Source of the DNA: Naegleria gruberi
Lineage: Eukaryota
Assembly (NCBI GenBank): GCA_000004985.1
Contig: GG738900.1
Reading direction: 5' to 3' (one strand)
DNA length: 64,000 bases
This document shows, one piece after another, positions 56,064-64,000 of this stretch. The number at the start of each line of letters is the position of its first letter. The stretch's first letter is position 1. The notes below the pieces were generated by a model, which worked only from the letters and a program-made list of their open reading frames with translations, had not been told where the DNA came from and made no database searches. Made by a program: the position numbers and the translations under genes.

Positions 56064-58237
56064 GTGACCATGCACACATTCGTTTCCTTCTTGGTTTTGT
56101 TTCTGTTGCTTGTTATTCATCAACATGTGCAAGCCAGTTATTTAGATCTAGTTGTTTCGTCTCCTTTACTTTCGAATATTAAATCAAATGACGAAATTGT
56201 TGGTGTGAAAACATTTCTCACACTCTTTGCCATCAAGAATGAAAAGAGCAAACTGGCGAATTATCTGACAGAACTTTCTAATAATTCTTCTTTCACATCT
56301 AATTTTGCTCATGATTCGAATAGAAAATTATTAATGGAATGGCTCAAGACAAATTACATTTCAATTGGTGTAATGTCAAACCAAGTAAATTATTTAACTT
56401 CCACATTTTCACAATTCAACGTTTCCATCTATGAAGGTACAACAGTTTCGAATAATTCTCCACTGACATCTAATCATATATTTTAAAATATTTCCATCTT
56501 TCGATTCATGTCAGAAGCGAAATTACTTGGAGAAATACGATGCTGTCTTGTTAGATCCGTATGCATTTGCGTTCTTTGTGAGGTTTTACAGAGATTCGTC
56601 TAGTTTAGGTTCTTCAATGATGCAAAGTAAGAATTTTGAACCAATTCCATTGATTCCATACGAAGTGTACACTAGGAGAATGATGGAAGCAAATCCATCA
56701 GAACCAATGCAGGAATTGTTTGGTTATCAAAAATTATTGACATGTGAAAATCAACCAGATGTGTCAGATGCTCAATATTTTAGATTGCTGACAGGATACT
56801 CTAATTATTCATCCCTATATGTTGCAATTATTGAAAGAATTACTGGAAAATCATCATTATTAGCTAATTACACACTCATCAATTCGAATATTCCAGCAAT
56901 ACTTTCGTACTTTGGATAATCCGAAACTAATGGATTTTCTTCATCTTCTCTGGAAACTGTTTTACTCTCATCATCATGCTACATGTGCAAAACTTCCACA
57001 TGCGCAGGAGAAAACTTTGATCCAACCTTAGATTTTTGGATAATCCCTCAATTCGTCATTATTTTCGGCTACTTTATACTATTGTTCTCTTTTGGATTAT
57101 TCAAAAAACCATCCATGAGAAGAAGAATTGCCCTTCCCTACTGCCCAATTCTCATTCTAACCATCATGGTCATGTTCACATCTCTCTCAAGAATTTGTGT
57201 TTGCATATTTTACAATATTTCAACTTTTGTAATGATTTGGTGGGTCTTTATTTATTCAGCCACAGTGATTAGATTCTATTTCTTGAGAAATTTATATTCC
57301 CTGATTACTAGATTCCCTACTCGTGAGAAATTGATGAAAATTCTGGCATCTGAAAAGAGTGGTTTCGTTCTGACAGTTGTCTTGACATTTTTATTGGCAT
57401 TGACATTCAATTCGGCTGGAATTTACTTCTTTTTTTTAGAGAATAAGTCCACTATTGATATTTACAGAGCTGCATGGATTGTTGGTTTTATTATTTTGGG
57501 TGGATTGTTAGGTTTTCGTTGCAGTTTTGTGGGATATGATAATCCATGGAAAAACTATTCGAAAGTTTGGACTGAAACGATTCTTCTTTTTCGATGATCC
57601 ATTGTATGTTAGAGTAGACATGTTACTTTTACTCTTTCCCATTGTTATTTGCATTCTAGTTGCTGTTGGAACTGCCTCGCTCGACGTTCAACAAAAAGAA
57701 TATCAAAATGTTGGTGGAATTTTCAACACAATTTTGTGTTTCGTATTTTTGACAATGAATGGAGGAGGTGTAGTGCTGATTGAAATATACAAAAGAATTA
57801 GGTATGCAAAATCTCAAAAGACCAATTCAGCAGATGATTTGGAAAATATTTTGAAAAACGAAGATTTGTTCAATTTATTTAGAGAATATTCTGAAAAGGA
57901 GTTTAGTTTGGAGAATATTGAATTCTATTCAGTCATGTTGAAATTGAAAGTGCAGAAAGTGGTGAGTGAGAAAGAGTTGGATGAAATTGATGATACTTTC
58001 ATTAAGAATTATTCGAAATATGAAGTGAACTTACCTTCAAGTTGTAAACGAGAATTTTACAAACTCAAAGAACAAGCACAAGAGAAAACACACCAAGTTG
58101 AATACTCTGCCTTGTGGCAAGTTTTTGGAAATGATTTGGTGTTGAACATGATGGATACCTTCAGAAGATTGCAAGAAACTTCAAACTATAGTCAATGGGA
58201 ATCCGTTTCTAAATATCAGAAACACATTCATCCTTAA
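56064..58237 (+). CDS. Receptor-like protein: signal peptide + ectodomain + 7 TM helices + C-terminal RGS domain (7TM-RGS), reading frame broken into 4 ORFs
   Basis: ORF 56064..56486 has a signal peptide MTMHTFVSFLVLFLLLVIHQHVQA. ORF 56527..56919 continues the ectodomain. ORF 56983..57597 has 5 TM helices. ORF 57527..58237 has 2 more TM helices and an RGS domain (…EDLFNLFREYSEKEFSLENIEFYSVMLKLK…). A 130-nt intron (GTAAAT at 56385 to CAG at 56514) joins pieces 1 and 2 in frame. Pieces 2 and 3 share a frame but are separated by a single TAA (56917..56919). Pieces 3 and 4 differ by +1 frame between TM5 and TM6. No canonical AT-rich intron explains either break. Confidence 0.55.
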
Positions 58238-58312
58238 ATTAACTTGTATAAATTAATATTTAATTGTAATATTCGTTTGACTCATATATATATGTACAAA
58301 ATTTCATATCCA

Positions 58313-58651
58313 CTAAGCTAAATAACTTGCTTCTGCTTCGTTTTCACACGGAGTACTTTCATTTGCAGATTCTTTACAGTCACAAGCAACTTGACAACCA
58401 TTTTCATCTACCTTGTATCCGTGTGGACATGCTACAAGACAATTGTATACTCTACATGGTGCTGGATTGCAATCACAAGCTATTTGGCAACCGAATCGAT
58501 CAACCTTGTATCCATATCTACAAGGAATGAGGCAGTAAATATTTCTACACGAGCTTGTTCTATGATTTGGTGGTTTGATTGGAAAGGCAGATATCTGATG
58601 AAACCAAACAGAAAGAATGCACAGTATGAGGAGGGTTTGAAAGATTTTCAT
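58313..58651 (-). CDS. Small secreted Cys-rich protein with two antistasin-like repeats
   Basis: ORF with ATG at 58651 and signal peptide MKIFQTLLILCILSVWFHQISA. Two repeats, CLIPCRYGYKVDRFGCQIACDC and CLVACPHGYKVDENGCQVACDC, fit the antistasin-type pattern C-x3-C-x2-G-x3-D-x2-GC-x3-C-x-C. The C-terminus is acidic. Confidence 0.5.
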   Translation of the reverse strand: MKIFQTLLILCILSVWFHQISAFPIKPPNHRTSSCRNIYCLIPCRYGYKVDRFGCQIACDCNPAPCRVYNCLVACPHGYKVDENGCQVACDCKESANESTPCENEAEASYLA

Positions 58652-58764
58652 TTTGTTTAGTGCTGTGGAGAAACAGTTGAGTATTATTTGTTACAACAAG
58701 TGTATTTCCTAGTTTGGTGCCTTTCTTGGAGTGTCAACAGTACATATTTAGAAATGGGATAGAA

Positions 58765-59739
58765 TTAGTGTTGGGGAGAAGAAATAACGTCAGAAAATCC
58801 TCGTTGTTCCTTCATTTGCCTCATATGTTTAAAGAATTTGAGATTAGATTTCTTCATTATTATACATCTTTCCAAATCAAAGTTCTTAATCATTTGGTGC
58901 AGGTTGGTGAACTGCAATCTTTCAGCTGCCTGTTCAGAATTCAACATAATTCTCTGTCTGACAATTCCACTATATTCTGAAACCATTATTACATCATCAC
59001 TGAATAGACAATCAATCTTTTTACAAGCTCCACATTCCAATAGAATCCTTGCAATTTGACATTTTCCTTTCAAACAAGCAATGAATAATGGTGTTCGATT
59101 CTGTTAGAATTCAAGAGTTAAAAAGAATTAATAATATGAATGACAACTTACTCCTGGTGAACCAAATCCATCAACATTGCATCTCAATCTATACAATAAC
59201 CAATAAACTAAATCAACTTGTCCCTTTGCAACAGCAACATGTAAAGCAGAAACATTTCCATTTGGTGTATTCGTATTGATAAACTCTTTAATCTTGAGTG
59301 TCATCCAATCTCTCATTGTCTGATAACAACTATTACTCTGAACTTCTAGCAAACATTTGTAATTATTGACAAGTAAATGTGGAAGTGGATGAAAATCACC
59401 ATACTGATTCTCTATCATGGTTTGTAAATGCTCTTGAATCCATTTAGAAACAGTCTGATAAGAAGCACATTGATCATTCTTTGGAAATTCAATCCAGTAC
59501 AATCTATTGAGGTATTGCTCCAATAATTGAGTTAAACTTTTGAAAAGATTTGAATCGAATCTAATCATGGAAACTTCATCCATTGAATGTTGTTGTTGTT
59601 CTGCTTGCTGTTCCTTACTCTCAATTGCTTCTTCTTCCTCTTTCAAATCTTGAATAATGGAAATGAAATGTTTGTTGTATTCCCTCAGCAAACTTGATCG
59701 AGTTGTGATGGTATTTGGATGAATGAGTTGTAGGGCCAT
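58765..59739 (-). CDS. Ankyrin-repeat protein, 2 exons
   Basis: Model complement(join(58765..59100,59152..59739)) with a 51-nt intron (GTAAGT…CTAACAG, phase 0) lying inside an ankyrin repeat. Across the junction it reads …TPNGNVSALHVAVAKGQVDLVYWLLYRLRCNVDGFGSPG | NRTPLFIACLKGKCQIARILLECGA…. ATG is at 59739. Confidence 0.65.
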
Positions 59740-60233
59740 TTCGTGTATTTGTTCTTCTTTTTCTTTTTTGAAAATTTATGTAACATCATCTTCCAATGAG
59801 AGATTTTAAATTCAACCACCGAATATTCGTGATGATTTGTAATTAAATTAGAAAAAAAGGAAATTGGATATTGGAGAGTTATCTATTGAACATGTTTGCG
59901 TAGAGTGATTGATGATGGAGATTGGTTGTGTACGTATTAATTGTTGTTCTTTTGATGCTCGTGTGGTTTTTTCGCATTCCTTGGCTTTGGTTCATCCGAA
60001 GGAAATGATGAAGGAATTTGCTTCCATTTTGTTGTTGTTTTATTTTTTTTTATGGTTGAAGTTAAATTGTTTAACGGTTTGTGGTGGCGGGAAAATTTTT
60101 GATGTTGCTTGATGTAGATTCGAACAATATTTCCAATAGGACACAAAAAGCAACCTTAGTGTTTCCTTTCCTAGACTTTCTAGATTGAATGTCGAATCAC
60201 AAAGAAAAGTTAAACAGCAAGTAAATCAAAAAA

Positions 60234-61655
60234 ATGGGCCAAAGTGGATCAAGAAAAGGTTTGTGTTTATTATTAGAAACTAAACTGATCATTCAATCGA
60301 AAAACAGCAACAAAATCAACCAACTCCGGTTATAGACCATCACGTTCTGCTCCTTCACTTCTAGGAAGACAAGAAGTACTTTTAACTTTTGATACAGAAT
60401 TTCATTCCTTCTCTCAAGATAGTTTAGAACAAGTTTCTCAACTTGATCCGAAAGATGCTGCCACTCGAATTTTTAGATTTAAACATTTAACAGACAAAAT
60501 GACGATAAAATCAGTGAGTTCCGGAAAGAGCTTTGCTGCTCTCCTTGCAAATGATGGAAGGTAAGTGACAAATTTACAAAAAACTTTGAATTTTCGAATA
60601 ACAAAAGATTATTTGTTTGTGGAAAGTGTCCATTCCCAACCACTGGACCAGAAACAACCTCCATAACCGATACAACCGATGAAAACCTTACACGTATTTC
60701 AATTGAACTTTCTAATAAGCAAGTTGTGGATAAATTTTCGAATATTGCTTGTGGAATGTATTTCATGATGGCTATGAGTGATGATCGTTCAAATATCTTC
60801 TCTGCAGGGCAGAATGAATGTGGTCAGAGAGCAATTGGTCGAGGAGGTTCTCTCAATTTTAAAGAATGTATTTTTGAGACCACTGAAATCAAAACCAAAT
60901 TACTGAGTGGATTGGAAAAGATTTCATGTGGATATCAACATGCTATTGCCTATTCGAAAGATGGAAATCTGTATGGAACTGGATGTTCCTTTCAAAATCA
61001 ATTGGGAACAATAGATAGTGGAATTTGTTACGAGTTTAGGAAAATATCGAGACCAAAAACTGATAATCAAATAATTGATGTACAAGCTGGATTTTTCTTT
61101 AGTGTTTGTTTGGATTCTGAAGGAATGGTCTATGTGACAGGAATAAGAGCTCACTCAAATATGATTGATGCTCAAGAATGGACGAAAATGAATACCTTCA
61201 TCAATCATCCAGTTTCTTCCATGTGGATTTCATGTTCCAACGCTTTCTTCCTAACTCAAGATGGACAAGTCTATCACAATTTGAATCTAACCTCAGAGAT
61301 GGCCAATGATGAAAATCTCATTACTCTTCCAATACCTTCAGTCAAATCTATTTATGGTAAAGAATCTTACATGGCAGTCGATCAGTGGAATACAATCCAT
61401 GTGTCAGCTTCGAATGGTTCTCAAGGAGTTTCAAACACATCGAAAAATTGGTTTGAACACGAAGGTATGCGAAGACTCATCGGAAGCAAGGATGAATTGC
61501 AAATTCTTGATGCCTTTACTTTTTGTATTTTCATCAAATCATCCAATGAGGGAGTATTGAAGAATAACTTGTGTACTATTCTCAAAAAACAATTCAATAG
61601 TGATTTGCATGAAAAGTCGTACTTGTATGATATCCGATTTACATCCATGCATTAA
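60234..61655 (+). CDS. RCC1-like repeat protein with N-terminal myristoylation motif (MGQSGS), 3 exons; paralog of 26560..27915
   Basis: Model join(60234..60258,60308..60560,60608..61655), total 1326 nt. The introns are 49 nt (GTTTGT…AACAG) and 47 nt (GTAAGT…CAAAAG), both phase-checked. Exon 1 encodes MGQSGSRK. The RCC1-like repeats (…DGRLFVCGK…CGYQHAIAYSKDGNLYGTGCSFQNQLG…VQAGFFFSVCLDSEGMVYVTG…) are collinear with the 26.5-kb paralog. Confidence 0.65.
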
Positions 61656-61861
61656 ATTATCGATAATAATAATTAAAATTTCATCCTTTTTAAAATAATC
61701 AAATAATATTATTATTTAAGGGGTACCTCTGGTCGTTACGACTGTTAGGAAACGCCAAAACTTTTAAATTTTTAATGTTTCTAAAAATAAAAAAAAATAT
61801 CACAACTTCCTAGGTGAATCATCATCATCATGGGCATCATCAATAAATTATTAATTTTAAT

Positions 61862-63694
61862 TCATTTTCCACCATCATCTCCTTCTTGTTCTTGTGTTAG
61901 AGTGACACAACATTTGCACATCGGATCTCCATTACATTCTGCACATACCTCAACAGTACAATAGGGACACTTTTCTAAGTGAGTAAAGTAACTTCCGCAA
62001 TTAGAACAACATTTCGTCTTCCTTGAGGTGGGAATAATGGAACCAACATAATGTGTTTTCTTCTTCTTGATGGGTATTGTGGATTGGGTAGTGTGTTGGT
62101 TTTGTTTGTTGTTACAGTTAATACATCTGCAAGCTGTAGAACACACCATCTTACTCTTCTTGCAAGCACAAGTATTTGAATCACACCCCAAACTGCAATC
62201 ACACGATAGTCCATAAGTGGCCTCGCTCTGGGGCATAGTTTGAGATAATTCCTTGAATTTCCTCTTGTTGTTAGCTTTTTGCTTTTTGGCTTCTTCAGTA
62301 TGATGATGTTTCAATACTTTAGATCTTTTTTCATTCAACTTATTCATATTGCTCTTCCATATTTCTTCTTCTGGAATATCCAATAAATCAAATAACCTTA
62401 TAATCCAAGTTTTACCTGCATTCTTATCCAAAACTGCTTGTTGAACACGAGTTCGGAAATATCTTGTCCCTTTGATATTCTTTGAGACATATTTAATTCT
62501 CATTCTGTGAAATGATTCACACGGATTTGATGAGTAATGGTGAAAAATTGCTTTTCCTTTCAGAACCAAGTTGTTTAACTTTTCTTTTAAATACTTAATC
62601 ACAAATGAATGGCGTTTTTCAGATAGCCATAGCTTATTGGGAGTTTTATGGTTTGGATCTTTAAACGGGCATCCCTGTGAGCAACCATCATGTTTGTTGC
62701 ATAAATGATTTGGAATGTTCTTTAACCAAGATTGTAATTCATCAAGAGAAGTTGCTTTAGAAATAAATTTGCTAACATATGCATTAATTCTAGGAGCCAA
62801 TCTCTTCAATAATGCTTTGTCACCACGACGAAACAAACCTGATGGTTTCATTAATGATTTGTAGAGGTTTTTTCTAATATGATTAATATCCAAATAGGAT
62901 GTTACATTCGGATATTGATCAACAATATGTTTCAATGTACTACTATCCTCATCATGAATGACACATGAGATATTAATGTTATTGCTCTTCATATCTGAAC
63001 AAAACTGTTTCACTGACTCTCCTTCCATTGTCTTTGAACTTCCATGAAACATCCCAGTTTTGCAATTAATAATATCACTTGAATCTCTACAAGAACGACA
63101 CTTCTCAATCACTTTGTAATAAACAATTTTAGAAGTAGTGGCATCAATAACAACAAGAGCACCATTTGATGATTCTCGCTTATGTCCCCATCCAAAGTCT
63201 ATCATTATTATTAATCCATTTTGTGATTTCTTTGCAGCTTCTTGCAAATCATCAGCTACCTGCTTTACGGAGAGTATTTCTATGGCAATAGAAAATGTTT
63301 CTAGGATATTGTAGAATGCAGATAATGAAAATGGTTTGATATTATTCAATAAAAGAAGTTGGCTGTATGTATCATAATTATGTCCAAGTATTAAACATGA
63401 TAAAACAAATCGGAAGGCTGTAAAATTGGGCATATTAGAAACTCCACCACTGTCCCATTTGATTTCCTTATGACAATTACTACATGTTATTGTTGCAATT
63501 AGTTGTCCACCAATAGTATGATGTGATGAAATTGTCAGTGATGATTTTGAGCAATTTGAGCAAGCAGCGTTCTCCAAAAGTAAGCTCAGATTGTTTGTAT
63601 TACATAAAAAAGCTTTTTTAAATTTAATTTTTTTTTTAGATTTTGATGACTTACAACAATCATTTGGTTGGAATTTTGCACTACTTCTCAACAC
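61862..63694 (-). CDS. Transposase-like protein: N-terminal C2C2-type zinc finger, RNase-H-like core candidate, C-terminal CXC (tesmin/TSO1-like) Cys cluster
   Basis: ORF 61862..63694 (610 aa) starts at GTG, and the true start is undetermined. The N-terminus is CSNCSKSS…(22 aa)…CSNCHKEIKW. The middle …LIIMIDFGWGHKRESSNGALVVIDATTSKIVYYKV… resembles a DDE/RNase-H-fold strand pattern. The C-terminus CDCSLGCDSNTCACKKSKMVCSTACRCINC fits a CXC domain, with further C-x2-C clusters at the very C-terminus. Such CXC clusters occur in some eukaryotic DNA transposases (KDZ/Plavaka-type) but also in host proteins. The family call is tentative. No terminal inverted repeats are visible before the window ends at 64000. 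Confidence 0.35.
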   Translation of the reverse strand: MLRSSAKFQPNDCCKSSKSKKKIKFKKAFLCNTNNLSLLLENAACSNCSKSSLTISSHHTIGGQLIATITCSNCHKEIKWDSGGVSNMPNFTAFRFVLSCLILGHNYDTYSQLLLLNNIKPFSLSAFYNILETFSIAIEILSVKQVADDLQEAAKKSQNGLIIMIDFGWGHKRESSNGALVVIDATTSKIVYYKVIEKCRSCRDSSDIINCKTGMFHGSSKTMEGESVKQFCSDMKSNNINISCVIHDEDSSTLKHIVDQYPNVTSYLDINHIRKNLYKSLMKPSGLFRRGDKALLKRLAPRINAYVSKFISKATSLDELQSWLKNIPNHLCNKHDGCSQGCPFKDPNHKTPNKLWLSEKRHSFVIKYLKEKLNNLVLKGKAIFHHYSSNPCESFHRMRIKYVSKNIKGTRYFRTRVQQAVLDKNAGKTWIIRLFDLLDIPEEEIWKSNMNKLNEKRSKVLKHHHTEEAKKQKANNKRKFKELSQTMPQSEATYGLSCDCSLGCDSNTCACKKSKMVCSTACRCINCNNKQNQHTTQSTIPIKKKKTHYVGSIIPTSRKTKCCSNCGSYFTHLEKCPYCTVEVCAECNGDPMCKCCVTLTQEQEGDDGGK

Positions 63695-64000
63695 AGTTTC
63701 ATTATTAATTATCTAATTAATCCACATACCAACAGGATATCAATTACATACGTTACAACATATCTCATAAGTAATATGTATTTACAATTATTTAACTTAC
63801 ATCTATCTGTCTTGCGTTCATTCTCTTCATCATGTTTTGACTATTGACACAGAAGTTATTAGAAAAACGAAGGTTGAACGAGAAACAATTTTGATAGTAC
63901 AAAGAAGCATCACTCTTACTAATTACCATTCTCTCGAAGTTTTGTTTATTGGAATGTCTTTCTAAACAGCAATCACAAAACTGAGACAGGTCTACTTTGC

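Noticed and set aside
59088-59110. GTTCGATTC T-loop-like string suggesting a second tRNA
   Set aside because: No cloverleaf can be drawn. It lies across the ankyrin-gene intron/exon junction.
1-64000. CRISPR arrays, operons, prophage or other prokaryotic features
   Set aside because: The sequence is eukaryotic, with spliceosomal introns, Pol III genes with oligo-T terminators and eukaryote-specific protein families. No direct-repeat/spacer arrays are present.

Overview
This window is eukaryotic nuclear DNA, not prokaryotic. It is gene-dense, with about 34 protein-coding genes in 64 kb on both strands. Introns are short (45-135 nt), AT-rich and spliceosomal, with GTAAGT, GTATGT, GTGAGT or GTTTGT donors and (T/A)AG acceptors. 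Proteins carry poly-N, poly-Q and poly-S tracts. The gene content (hybrid histidine kinase, ABCG half-transporter, CRT-like transporter, serpin, DOCK/zizimin, many F-box/LRR proteins) is most consistent with a dictyostelid-like amoebozoan whose AT bias is milder than that of D. discoideum; this is inference. There are no CRISPR arrays, operons or prokaryotic features. The supplied ORF track calls ATG, TTG, CTG and GTG starts all as M and ignores introns, so many genes had to be rebuilt by hand. Splice coordinates were phase-checked against ORF anchors but may be off by 1-2 nt. Well-supported genes are a Sec7 Arf-GEF, three neighbouring F-box genes, a 5S rRNA gene next to a tRNA-Val(AAC) gene, a PX-domain protein, a CRT-like transporter, a KH/STAR SF1-like protein, PAN3 (4 exons), an ABCG transporter (2 exons), a serpin, two RCC1-like paralogs, an OTU deubiquitinase, an OSBP-family protein, a Ras-like GTPase, two tandem paralogous Ser/Thr-rich Cys-rich surface proteins, a roughly 3200-aa DOCK-family GEF, an ERK-type MAP kinase (3 exons), a hybrid histidine kinase, a 7TM-RGS receptor-like gene, an antistasin-like secreted protein, an ankyrin-repeat protein and a transposase-like gene with a CXC zinc-cluster at the window edge. 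The most unusual observations are several genes interrupted by a single in-frame stop or a frame offset, short tandem duplications sitting on gene boundaries, a conserved 36-bp promoter element placed identically upstream of both surface-protein paralogs, and the 5S/tRNA pair inside a Pol II gene-dense region. I could not recognise a self-contained novel multi-gene system beyond these.
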